From: Magallana gigas
Taxonomy: Eukaryota
Reading direction: 5' to 3'
Assembly (NCBI RefSeq): GCF_963853765.1
Contig: NC_088853.1
Location: 16,306,001 to 16,370,000 of the forward strand
Length of the DNA: 64,000 nucleotides
Part shown: in pieces, positions 37,263-48,610 of the stretch
Layout of the letters: every line of letters starts with the position of its first letter
How positions within the stretch are numbered: the first letter of the stretch is position 1
The notes under the pieces: generated by a model
Database searches by the model: none
The model's input: only the letters and a program-made list of their open reading frames with translations
Told to the model about the DNA's origin: nothing
Program-made: the position numbers and the translations under genes

Positions 37263-37313
<51 letters not shown>
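37263..37313. repeat. (GA)n microsatellite in the LINE 3' UTR
   Basis: Direct reading. Confidence 0.95.
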
Positions 37314-37315
<2 letters not shown>

Positions 37316-37316
37316 A

Positions 37317-40300
37317 TTATGTAAATAAATGTTGCCATATTTCCCATCTGTTATTAAATTCATTCATTTTATTTTCCACACCTGCAGTGTATTTTATTGC
37401 CTTAATATATGATTCGATCTCATGTAGTACTCCAAGGACTGATAAGTTACTTTTAAAGCATCTGCTTCTGTATATGTATTGCTTAACTAGCATAAATATA
37501 ACATTGCTCTGTCTAATATTTTCTTTAGTTTTGTATTCTCCAAACATGAAAGTATCTTGATTCAGTTCAATATCTATATTCTTTATTTGACAAAAGTTTA
37601 TGAAGTTATTAAGAAGCTGCTGTACAGTTGGGCAATTCCACATTAGGTGGCAAATTGTTTCCTCTTCACTATGACATAGATTACATAATTTTGAATCAAC
37701 TTTCCCAATTTTAAACATAATACTATTTGTTGTTAAAATATTATGATTGATGCGATATTGTAGCCATTGTAACTTAGCACTATTGGTAGTAAAAAATGGG
37801 ATAGAATATATCTTTTTCCATTGTAAGTCAGTAATTTCAAAGATTTTCCCCCACTTTTCCTGTGCACCTGGCTTGACTTCTGATCTATTTAATACATCAT
37901 ACATAGCTTTTGATCCTTTTCTTGTTGTGACAAAAATCTGGATATTTATCGGAATAAAAGGTTTATCTAAACATACATCTCTGTATATATTACACTTTCT
38001 CATATCAGATATTATAGCCTGCTTGATTCCTAAAAAAGTTACATAGTTTGTTTTTATATTAAACTTCAATTTTAGTGTATCTAAAGATATAAAATTCCCC
38101 CGTTCATTCAGTAGGTCGTTGACATATATGATATTATTTTTATACCAAGATCTGTAAAAAACTGTTTCTTTCCCTATTTTAAATCTTTTATTATGCCACA
38201 AAGGCTGGCTAATATATTCTTTCCAATTACTAATTTGGTTTTTATCTTGAATGTCCTTGAACGCTATAAAAACATCTTTCCAAAAATCATTTTTAATATT
38301 CTCTTTTAGGCCAACTAAGTATTCAGTTCCTGTGCTTAATAAAAGTTCGATATCTACTATGTTTTGTAACAAGGTTTTCCACTTTGAATTGTTATTAAAA
38401 AGAATTCTTCTTATCCATGTAGATTTTAATCCTTTTATATAATTTTCTAAGTCAAGCATTTTCAGCCCTCCATGAGAATATTTTTGTGTAACAATCTTTC
38501 TTTTTACTTTATCAACATCAGAGTTCCATAGAAATCTAAAAATAATGCTATTTAGTTCTTTCGTTAGTATAGGTTGCGGGTTTGGTAAAGTTATAAATAA
38601 GTGGTTAAGTTGAGATATGATTAGAGATTTTATAAGAGTTATTCTTCCAATTGGTGTTAAGTTACGCTTTTTCCATTGTTCTATTATACTTTTTATTTTT
38701 ACCAGTTTTTTGTCATAATTCAATTTATTTATTCTTGTTAAGTCCACATCATAGTGAATGCCCAATAGTTTAAAGTTTGTTGTCCATTCGAAATTAATTT
38801 CTGTACAGATTTTGTCTTCTGAATATTTTTTACTTCCTATCCATACAATCTGGGTTTTTGCATTATTCATTTTAAGCCCTGACATGATATAAAACTTCTC
38901 CAACTCTTCCATTGTTGCATTTAATGACTTTTCTGATCCATCCAGAATTATAACTGTATCATCAGCATACTGTGATATTATATATTCATTATCGTTTATT
39001 TTTATACCTTTAATATCTTTGTTATGTTTTATATTTATTGACAATATTTCAGCACATAGCAAAAAAATGTATGGAGAAATAGGGTCTCCTTGTCTGCAGC
39101 CTCTTTCTAAATTAAAAAAATTAGATAAGATGCCTGCTTGAGTTACACATGACACAGACTTATTTTGAAAAGTTTTAACCCAATTTGAAATTGACGGGCC
39201 AAAATTGAAGTAGGATAGGACTTTATAAATGAATTTCCAAGACACCGAGTCAAAGGCTTTTTCAAAATCAATCATAGCTAGGACTCCAGGAATATTACAT
39301 ATTTCAGTGTAGTTCATTAAATCATATATTAATCTCGTATTTTCGCCAATATATCTGCCTGAAATGAAACCCGATTGGTCTGAACTTATTATTTTGTTTA
39401 AAGTGTGTTTAATCCTTCTAGCTATACATCCTGATCCAATTTTATAAACTGTATTAAGTAGAGTTATAGGTCTCCAATTTGCAATGTTAAATTTACTTTT
39501 ACCCTCTTTTGGTACACATGTTATTATCCCCTGTTTCTGTGTTGATGATAATTCTCCAATTTCATAACCCCAGTTTAAAGATCTTATAATGAAATATCCT
39601 AACTTGTTCCAAAACATTTTAAAAAATTCAGCTGTAAAGCCATCACTTCCAGGGCTTTTGTTATTTGACATGTTTTTTAATATTGTTAATGCTTCATCAT
39701 ATGTAATTTTTCCCTCTAATTTTTCACGTTCTGAGTCATTTAATTTCATAACATCTGTGAAAGTTATTCTATTCAAATCAAATTCCGCTGTATCTACATT
39801 TGTTTTTGCATTATATAAATTTTTATAGAAAATTGCTACTTCTTTTAAAATGTGTTCCTGTTTATTAATTTCTACATGTACATTGTTGTCCTGTTTTATA
39901 AGCTTAGGTATAATTTTATTTACATAATGTCTGTTTTCCAAATTTAAAAAGTAACTGGTAGGTTTTTCGCCTTCGCTTAGCCATTTCGCTCGTGATCTAA
40001 CTAAATTTCCCATTTGCTTATGCTTTCTTATGTTTTCTAGTTCTTGTTTCTTTTCATATATTATATCCATATTCATTTCATAGTCTTCCTCTAATGAGCC
40101 TATTTCTTCTATAAGTTTCTGTTCAGCAATTGATCTACTTTTTTTTAAATAGCTTGCAAATGAAATAGTTTTACCCCTGATTTCGATTAGCAGCGTTTCC
40201 AAAAATAGCTGGTCATTTATAAAAAATTGTATTTCAGGGTCTGGTAAATCTAAAATATTTTCCCTATTATATATAGGCAATGCATATTGTTTTTTAATTT

Positions 40301-41108
40301 CATCAATATGATTATTGATTGATTGTACATATTCAGGTATATTTAAAAGAGAGTTATTAAATTTCCATAGGCCTTTACCATGTTTGAATTCATTCAGTTT
40401 CAACAATATCATAATTGGTGAATGATCTGACCTATAGCTAGTTAATATGTCACATTTTTGAACTTGTGTTATCAATGAAGTTGATATCAGGAAAAAGTCT
40501 AGCCTTGCTTGTTTTAATGGATTAGATTTTCTCCAAGTATATCTTTCTATGTTTGGGTGAAATTCTCTATAAATATCTGCTAAATCAAAATAACTAATTA
40601 GCTCTAATAGTTTTCCTCTTGCTTTCGGGTTATTTACATGCAAATAATTAAAATAATCTTTGGATGTATCTATAACCATATTATAATCACCTACAATAAT
40701 TATTTCTTCATTATTTATTCTTGTTATTATGTCTGATAGTGTTTGATAAAAAGTGGGAGAATCTTCATTAGGTCCATATATGCATGCTAAAGTTAATCTC
40801 TTATTCTCAATTTTGATATCTAAAGCTAATAAATTCCCATTATCATCCTTCACACACTCATATATATTATATTCAAAATTACTGCTGAAAAGTATTGCAA
40901 TTCCTCTTGAATTAGATGCATAAGAGTTAAATACAACTTCAAAACCCCATTCGTTTCTGATATTGTTTTCAATTTCCTCTGTGAAATGAGTATCTATCAA
41001 ACAAAGAATGTTACAGTTTTGTTTTCTGTAATACTCGAAAACGTCTTTTCTTTTTTTATCGTCATTCAGTCCTTGACAGTTTACAGAAAGTATCTTAATG
41101 TCCGACAT
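37317..41108 (-). CDS. LINE ORF2p: APE endonuclease + reverse transcriptase + zf-RVT (1263 aa)
   Basis: SVNCQGLN, GDYN, RLDFFL, SDH; WRPITLLN.VYKI, DFEKAFD, RQGDPISP, QYADD; C-terminal CNLC..ETICHLMWNCP. No stops. Confidence 0.97.
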   Translation of the reverse strand: MSDIKILSVNCQGLNDDKKRKDVFEYYRKQNCNILCLIDTHFTEEIENNIRNEWGFEVVFNSYASNSRGIAILFSSNFEYNIYECVKDDNGNLLALDIKIENKRLTLACIYGPNEDSPTFYQTLSDIITRINNEEIIIVGDYNMVIDTSKDYFNYLHVNNPKARGKLLELISYFDLADIYREFHPNIERYTWRKSNPLKQARLDFFLISTSLITQVQKCDILTSYRSDHSPIMILLKLNEFKHGKGLWKFNNSLLNIPEYVQSINNHIDEIKKQYALPIYNRENILDLPDPEIQFFINDQLFLETLLIEIRGKTISFASYLKKSRSIAEQKLIEEIGSLEEDYEMNMDIIYEKKQELENIRKHKQMGNLVRSRAKWLSEGEKPTSYFLNLENRHYVNKIIPKLIKQDNNVHVEINKQEHILKEVAIFYKNLYNAKTNVDTAEFDLNRITFTDVMKLNDSEREKLEGKITYDEALTILKNMSNNKSPGSDGFTAEFFKMFWNKLGYFIIRSLNWGYEIGELSSTQKQGIITCVPKEGKSKFNIANWRPITLLNTVYKIGSGCIARRIKHTLNKIISSDQSGFISGRYIGENTRLIYDLMNYTEICNIPGVLAMIDFEKAFDSVSWKFIYKVLSYFNFGPSISNWVKTFQNKSVSCVTQAGILSNFFNLERGCRQGDPISPYIFLLCAEILSINIKHNKDIKGIKINDNEYIISQYADDTVIILDGSEKSLNATMEELEKFYIMSGLKMNNAKTQIVWIGSKKYSEDKICTEINFEWTTNFKLLGIHYDVDLTRINKLNYDKKLVKIKSIIEQWKKRNLTPIGRITLIKSLIISQLNHLFITLPNPQPILTKELNSIIFRFLWNSDVDKVKRKIVTQKYSHGGLKMLDLENYIKGLKSTWIRRILFNNNSKWKTLLQNIVDIELLLSTGTEYLVGLKENIKNDFWKDVFIAFKDIQDKNQISNWKEYISQPLWHNKRFKIGKETVFYRSWYKNNIIYVNDLLNERGNFISLDTLKLKFNIKTNYVTFLGIKQAIISDMRKCNIYRDVCLDKPFIPINIQIFVTTRKGSKAMYDVLNRSEVKPGAQEKWGKIFEITDLQWKKIYSIPFFTTNSAKLQWLQYRINHNILTTNSIMFKIGKVDSKLCNLCHSEEETICHLMWNCPTVQQLLNNFINFCQIKNIDIELNQDTFMFGEYKTKENIRQSNVIFMLVKQYIYRSRCFKSNLSVLGVLHEIESYIKAIKYTAGVENKMNEFNNRWEIWQHLFT

Positions 41109-41559
41109 GAGCCGATAGAAAGATTATTTTTAACTTACAATTAACATCGCAAACGTGGAAATTAATGAAGTAATTCAAACAAATAAAATTTTGGGTAAAC
41201 AGTAATGTCAAAGAGAGTGAAAGAAGAGAAAGTATGAAGAAGATAGAATACCTTTGTGTAGACATGCTCACTATAACTATGACACAAGGTAAACGTCAAC
41301 TTTTGCAATTTCAGTGTCCATAAACACAAACCGGATGTTTTATATGTGCAGTTAAAAAAAGAATGAAATAGTTGAACATAATAAATCCGGAAAAAAAAAT
41401 TAGGTGGAGTAACTGTACATTTGAAAGTTGGTATAATGTTCACACGTGTAAATAAATACATTGCACTTAACATTGTGCGAGAAAATTATGGAGTTTTTTT
41501 TTTAGATCCGATATAAATATTCGCAAGGATTCGCAATAGGTTTCGCAAGGAAACCTATT

Positions 41560-42801
41560 TTATAGGTTGTCCAGTAAGTTCGCAACATCGCACACATGTT
41601 CCTCCATAATATGGAATCTCTCGGGACCCAGTCGCGTGTGACCACTCCGCCGTGTAATGACCACCGCTATATTCTGCATTTGATTAGTTTTTATATAGTG
41701 TAGTAAACGCCTGCCCGCTCCATGCTCCCCATCGTCATAGTATCCTTCTTGGATCCTGCTTGAGGAGTCCGTGAAACGATATACAAGAATTCTGTGATCA
41801 GCTGATGCTGAAAATGGGTCCAAATTTACTTTTTGGTAAAGGTTTTGGACATCGCTAGATGATGATACTCTTGCTCCGCTTGCAAATATTTCCGACCCTT
41901 TTTTTTGAGTCGGGTCCGTTGAAACGGAATCTACTAGTTCCACATCTTGCGTCGCAATTTGTAATACATCAGAAGATTCCAGTTTTGGAATTGGTTCCTG
42001 GTACTTTTCGCCGTTTGGTAATACGATTCGGCCCCTCTCGACCTTTGTTCTGATATTCTGCGATCTTAACATATCTGAGATGGCGTAAAGGCGTTTTTTT
42101 TCCTCCACCATAACTGTGGGTTCCTGTGTTGTTATGAAAAAAGGGAGGGTTACCTTTGCCATTTTTTTAGATTTTTGAGCTTGTAGTAGCTCATCTTTCA
42201 TCTTTCGATCTACTAATTTCCCTGTAATTGACACTGGTTTGGAATTAACAACACCTTTTACGCTGTTTCTGTGGATTCTCACGAATTGGATATCGACTCC
42301 TAATGTGTCTTTAATTGTTTCGGGGATGATCTGCATTAAATTTTCGCCTTGTTTGTACGGAAAGTTGTGAATAAGAATGTTGTGTCTCATGGACCTTGCC
42401 CTCAAATCTGTTACCTCAGACTTCACATTTTCCATTTTTCTATCGAATTTGATCAGCATAGCCCTCATGAGATCGAGCTCCCTCCGCAATTGTGCGTTTT
42501 CTGCGCGGACAATATGAATTTCGTCGTAATTACTCTCTGCTTGTTCTCCAATATAATTGACAGTTTTTGATATCCCCATATCTGGATCTTCTAAAGTTTT
42601 TTTAATGGCCTGAATTTCACTGTATATCGGCTCATATCTCGAAAGTTTTTTACTTAAATCTTTTACTGTCTTTTGTAAGGATTGAAAATCCTTTAAAGGT
42701 ACCGTTACCTGTTTGTTTTCGTCAGCTGGCTTCGGTGAGTTCTCCTCCCCGGGCTTTTTGTTGAACATTTTTACAGGCCTTTGTTGTTTACCTGTTGACA
42801 T
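41560..42801 (-). CDS. LINE ORF1p: coiled coil + L1-type RRM/CTD + C-terminal IMPACT/UPF0029-like domain
   Basis: First ATG at 42801 (the track starts at GTG 42807). DLRARSMRHNILIHNFP and IQFVRIHR are L1 ORF1 motifs. aa ~301-410 contain ADHRILVYRF, DDGEHGAGRRLL, NIAVVITR and LGPERF. Confidence 0.9.
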   Translation of the reverse strand: MSTGKQQRPVKMFNKKPGEENSPKPADENKQVTVPLKDFQSLQKTVKDLSKKLSRYEPIYSEIQAIKKTLEDPDMGISKTVNYIGEQAESNYDEIHIVRAENAQLRRELDLMRAMLIKFDRKMENVKSEVTDLRARSMRHNILIHNFPYKQGENLMQIIPETIKDTLGVDIQFVRIHRNSVKGVVNSKPVSITGKLVDRKMKDELLQAQKSKKMAKVTLPFFITTQEPTVMVEEKKRLYAISDMLRSQNIRTKVERGRIVLPNGEKYQEPIPKLESSDVLQIATQDVELVDSVSTDPTQKKGSEIFASGARVSSSSDVQNLYQKVNLDPFSASADHRILVYRFTDSSSRIQEGYYDDGEHGAGRRLLHYIKTNQMQNIAVVITRRSGHTRLGPERFHIMEEHVCDVANLLDNL

Positions 42802-44019
42802 TTTCACTTAAATCCTTTGGTTTTTTTGCACTGAAAATTTTGCAGAATGCTCTACAAATGTATATTAACAGACGGGTATAAATACAATTTCACTAATCCC
42901 ACCGTAATTCACACTTTTCACCGAAATTGCCGGAGCCGAAATTTTTACCTGGCCATTGTTAGCACGTCACGTGACCTCTTTGTTTCTTTCTTTGATTATA
43001 AGAACATTGTTCTTAAGTTAAAAACGAGAAACAATCAAAACAAAACTCTCCGAAATTAAGTCTGAATATTTAACAGACAAGATCGCCTGACTTCCGATTT
43101 CACGATAAGACATGGGAACTGGGGTTAGTTACATCTGTATCATGGATGATTATCAAACTATTGGGTGTTTATTTCAAGAGATATATGTTAATATTAATAA
43201 CGGAAGTAAGCATTCTGCTTTTTAATAAGTGATTACATTGCATTTAAACCTATTAAATACGGTATATTGAGAACTGATGTCGTATTGTGAAAAATGACAA
43301 AGAAGGTAAATTAGACAATATGACGAATACGGCAGTTATAGATTAGACGTTATTTCTGTAATATTTTAATCATCATCGTCAACTGCTGGGGATTTTTATG
43401 GTAGAGGGAGACCTTGATCTGTCATCAGATCTAGATCTACAAGTGGACTCGGACGCGGACGGGGTAGACAGAAACGAAGAGATGTCAGATTTCACTGTCC
43501 TAAACAGACACAAAACAGAGAAGAGGTAGCAAAGGCAAATTAATGTATAAATAGAAGTTATATAAGACATTTTTTACGTCTAAAAAAAACTAAGTTTCAC
43601 GCGTACATGGAAGAATTGAAGTTTAAAATGTTTAATATTGTTTTATTCAATTAATTTATCATAGGTACTAGAACACATGTTATATGTTTTGGTTTTATAT
43701 ATTTAAACCTGTAGCCATTGGCTACTATTTATAGCGTATAACCTGTAGAACAGGTATTCAAGTTAAGCACGATTTTCACTCATTCGAAGGCTTTTCTTTG
43801 CTGCATTTGCACAGTCCCCACCCACCCACCCACTTATTTAGTGACATTTAAAAATCAAGGACTGTGCACTATGTAAAATGTTTTATTTCAGAAAGAAGTT
43901 TGAAGAATCTATATGTATTTGTACGTGTAAATAAATGCAGCAAAATAAGCGCTTCCTTCGCTAATCATGTGTTTTGTTATTATTGTAAATAATTTATGTT
44001 CGGTTGAGTGGAACGAATA

Positions 44020-44200
44020 AGAACATAAGAGACATTTTCAAAACATGACAGTGAACCTGTGTCAAAACATTTTAGTTCAAATAGCCAACAGATCTGGCAT
44101 TTTTATGTTGGACATTTTGGAGCAAACCCCTGCCTGAAACATCACAGCCACCTCAACCTGAATTTCCCTCTTGGTGCACTTGCACAGGTGCAATAATTAG
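44020..44200 (+). mobile_element. Possible Penelope-like GIY-YIG endonuclease remnant
   Basis: HDSEPVSKHFSSNS...FPLGALA resembles the PV..HF...H / LGTLAP C-terminus. Degraded. Confidence 0.3.
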
Positions 44201-44317
44201 CCAACTGAGGTGGAGAATTTAAGCACACTTAATCAAAATATCACACTGATGTGCATTAAATTGCAAAACCTAACGGACATTCAATGAAAGCATTTCCTTT
44301 GAAAGAATTCATCATAA

Positions 44318-44590
44318 AACAAGAGGCCCAAGGGCCACATCGCTCATCCTATAGTCTGTCCCAAGATATGTATGCAGCACATTTGGGCGATTTTTAATAA
44401 AAATATACATACCTGTGAAAGAAGTGCATTTGAAATAGTTGAAAGGGATACTTTCCAAGATAATTTCCTTGACACATTATCATCTTTCACTCGGTAAACT
44501 TCACAGGAACGAAAACAGATTCCTTACGTAGATTTATAATGGGGAATGTTTACATCCTTTATCCATTCTGAATACAATAGGAATGCATCG
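44318..44590 (+). mobile_element. HINE-like 5' fragment
   Basis: aacaagaggcccaagggccacatcgctca palindromic start. Family from recall; right boundary approximate. Confidence 0.55.
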
Positions 44591-45675
44591 CGCAATTTTT
44601 CAACGTTATCATACGGGCTTGCTGCAATACAAAATCCCCGTAGACATAACGTTTTTTAGCATTGTATTGACACCGGATAAACTAACAGGAGCGTTTCGAT
44701 TGAGAAATCTTGGAAATTTTTCATACTTTCGAGTGAACATCGTTTGAACCCTGAGGTATTTATAAACATCAAGCAATTGAGCCAAATGTGAATCCAGGAT
44801 ACCTTGGGACAGAGTATAGCAAAATTGGTCATAACTCTTCACAGCTAGCAGCAGCGTTTTGTGATAAGAACAGGCTACATAGTTGAATACAATCAATGGA
44901 ATATAAGTGCACGTTGTCAATCTTTTTATTTCAGCTTATTACAAGCCCTCAACATTTTCTAAGAACGAAGTTCTCGCTTATTCAATTTAGTTTAATTCAG
45001 TTTAATTAGTTTATTTGTGTTCCTAACAAACGAAACATCAAACTGGGGAAAATACAACTAACGACGCAAATCATTCTCTAGATATAAAGAAAAAATAAAC
45101 TAGTTTGCTGTCATTTATTATGGGTTTTTTTTTGCACTCGTAATCAATGACAGCAAACAAGCCTTTAACTACAATTCGTCACATTGTTATAACGAATTAC
45201 TGATAGAACGAAGTAAATTCGTTGGTCCCTAGGACTTCTCTATAACCGGATTAACTTTTATTATCAATATCTCTCTGTATCCATTTTTTTTCAAAGGTTG
45301 TACGCCGCTATGAACATTAACCGATTTATGTCGTTATGTTAAAACTTCTGTTTTATGTTTGTTTATATTGGGTATGTACTGAGAATCATATGATATCGTT
45401 GTGCTTGGTATTGTTTTGTAATTTAACAACATTCGACATTTTTCTTTATCACTAAAAAATTATAAGTATGTGCTTTTATTTATAGTAATTAAACAATTTT
45501 ATCGGATTACCGTACATAGTTGAAAAGTTCCGTTGCTGAGCATGCGTTATAATACAGAACATTTTATGTGTTGAAAGTTAAAATACTTTGTTGATATGCA
45601 TTTGAAAATAGAATATTTTTTTTCATTTGGCCAGTTAATGATTGTTTTTGTATGGTCCCATTCAGCACAAATACC

Positions 45676-48610
45676 TTTAATTCACTATTTATTTATAAGG
45701 CCAATCACCAATTTCTGAAGAAAATTACTAGTCAAAACCTGTAAAATTCTCTACATACTGGTTTTTATGAGATTTTGACCCTTTCATTTTTTGCTAATTT
45801 TTCATGATTTTTCAGCTTTTTAGACCTCCCTCAGCTAATTCCCTGCAGAGGGTTGACCTTCCGTACCGCCTGCATGTTGCACTATCACATGTCAGAAACT
45901 TACCGGTGTATAGTTTACAATGTCCCATCCACCTACTTTTCGTGTTATTTTACCTCCTGTCTGTAACTTGCAATTTCACTGTGTAAAGTCAACACAACAG
46001 TCATATCCGCAGGTTTCGCATATTACTTCTGATTCTCATGTACCTAACATATGAAGCCTACATATTGCATATCCATTTCAACAGGAGACACCCCTCCAAC
46101 TAATGATAATCATTAAATATCATTTCATGAATTTTAGCAACACTCATAAGCCTTCAAGTTAAGCAACTCTCAATTTTACAAAAATATTGACGGGTACTTT
46201 ATCCGAAACTGTCCCTTGCTACCTTAGGCATGGTGAATTAATATCCCAGTGCTATATGTATAAAAGAATCTGTCATGTAAGGTATCATATATAATAGAAT
46301 GTTTGATGACTTTAAACAAAAAGTTGTTCATGTTATATGCAATGCATCAAAATGTATATTGTATCAACATGTTGTTGACTACTTTTGTTTACAAGTTTAT
46401 CTAAAGCAATCAATTCATGTAAAATATCGTAAATTAATTATGGTTGTCTTCACATGACCTAAAGATTGAAACAGGGAGGTGTGATAATTTAACACGTGAC
46501 TTTTGCAACTTAACTGAGATTGAAGATAAATTCAATTTTTTTTACTGATTTGTCAATCTTTTCGTAGTTTAAAAGAAAAGTATATTAAAAAATACTACTC
46601 CAGAAAACCAAGTATCTATAAAGTTAAACAGTTACTATCTACATTTACTTCAAATACCAAAGAACTGTGTAATTTATTAATCTTGGAATAAAGAACTTGA
46701 ACTTGCAAGATAATCAATTTAGAGTAAACATGCTGACTTAAGATATTACTATGAAAACAATTTATGAAAATAATGAAATCACCTACCAGTATACAAATTT
46801 GTATGAAAAAAAAAATAATATCGATCACATTTAAACACATGTACAGGGAACGCTAAATTAAACAATGATTAAAGTATTCAAGGATTATAAAACAATACTT
46901 TTTAAAGGATTAAATGTTTCCGAATTGTTAAAAATTGTTTAAGTACATACTTAAGCAGTATTGTAAACTCTGGTTCAAGGAATATATGGCGACAAATAGA
47001 CCATTTCTACATCTGTTTGCACGAACCAATCACCAGATAGAAAATACAGCGCAGTCATTTACCGCGACTGTACCTGCGGAAAGTCATGCGCAGAAATCTG
47101 TGCCGATATGAATGAATTTGACGACGTTTCAGGAACGTTAGTAAATAAAACTATTGTATTTATGTATTTCAAACAAAACTATGGCAGGGTTTAATGTTTA
47201 TAGAAATCAGTTTTGATATATTTAATACCTGTGTAAGAATGCTTATTTACTATTTTGATTATCTTTTGTTGTGTTTTTATTGGTAAATACACCGAACGCA
47301 TCTCCAAACACGCCGCCTTCCTCTCACATTAAAGACCCTCTCGCGCTGACACCCTGCTTAAAAGTTGTATAACTTGTTTGTCGATTGTTGGAAAATAATG
47401 CATGAATAAAAAATAATTGCTTCACAACTGAACTTAAATTGAACATGAATTCATAAAAACATTTGGTCGTTATATTATTTTTGATCGCTCTTCAATTGCT
47501 ACTGACATTTAAATATGTACACCTGTCTCGAACGTTATGGCTTTAATTTTGATCGCGGCATTCAGGTTGCAAGGACTTCTAAATGCATGAATAACACATT
47601 AAAGGGTTTATTACACATGGGTAGGCGAATTTTCTGTTTACATCACAGGTGCTTGAGGACAAGATCACCCCCAACCCCCCCCCCCCCCCCAACCCTTCCA
47701 CCCCATCCCAAGTATAAAGACCCCGGCATTTTACTCTTTTTAAAAATTAAATTATCCTTTTATGACATATTTCTAATCTAATTTATTCATTCATTGCCCA
47801 AATTACCTAAAACAAAAATTTTAGAAAAAATAGACCCTCTCTATATATAATACAAGCATTCTGAGAGTATTGCATAAGCAATACACGTCCCCTACCGGTT
47901 TGTAGAAATTTGTGAAAATAATGCACTGTTATATGAATATCATTTCTTACAGTCTTCTGTACCCCGAATCAACAGACCAACACGATAACGAGTCCAATTG
48001 TAATAATACAAAAAACCCTGCCGATTAAATTTACAACACAATGCTTGACGCTATTTTACAGAACTAATGGGTTTGTTAGAAACAATACAAGGAGTGGTCC
48101 AAGTAATGCACGATATTATTACTGACTACATACTTTTCTCGTTTATTCAATACACACCGAACACGATAACGAACCCGAACATAAAAAAACGGAATATAAA
48201 AAATAATTTCCTCGAACATATGTCAACCAGACGCTACGAAAGTGTAAACTTGATCTGAAGTTTGACATTTTGAAGCTATTCAGCAAATTTCATATTATTC
48301 CTAAAACACTAAAAAGAAAAAAAGTGTGGAAAACTGAAGTGGGACAGACAGACGGACGGAAGGACAGACGGACGGACGGACGGACCCAGAGGAAAGCTAT
48401 AGTCCCCTCCGGTGAAAACAGGTAGGGGACTAACAAGAAGGTTGCTAACTTCGTCTGCAAGCGGAAAGGCACTGCCAATGAATATTTGTTACAAAAAAAA
48501 TGATAAAATTAAAACTTCAAGAATAATTAAGTATCTAAATAAAAGGCGGAAGTGTGTAACAAATACAAAAAACGTCCTGATAGTTTAGAGTTATCGAACA
48601 TTGCTGAGGA
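45676..48610 (+). repeat. Segmental duplication block A, copy 2
   Basis: Matches 1-2640. Extra segments at ~47060-47125, ~47170-47245 and ~48210-48340. Confidence 0.95.
47852..48432 (-). mobile_element. HINE-like element, counterpart of 2052-2463
   Basis: Same termini and flanks; retains a segment deleted in copy 1. Confidence 0.85.

Larger units (their letters stand above)
37134..42986 (-). mobile_element. Full-length L1/Tx1-group LINE
   Basis: 13-bp TSD tttctttgattat at 37121-37133 and 42987-42999. AATAAA plus poly(A) at the 3' end, (TC)n in the 3' UTR, two intact ORFs, TT|ATAA target resembling the L1 endonuclease consensus. Confidence 0.95.

Noticed and set aside
40990-41010. LIDTH instead of QETH as proof of a dead endonuclease
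   Set aside because: An acidic residue is retained, the other catalytic motifs are intact, and the element has a clean TSD; this cannot be called inactivating from sequence alone.
37246-42570. Plus-strand ORFs overlapping the LINE, and minus-strand ORFs within BEL (6288..7435)
   Set aside because: Antisense shadows of long coding frames.
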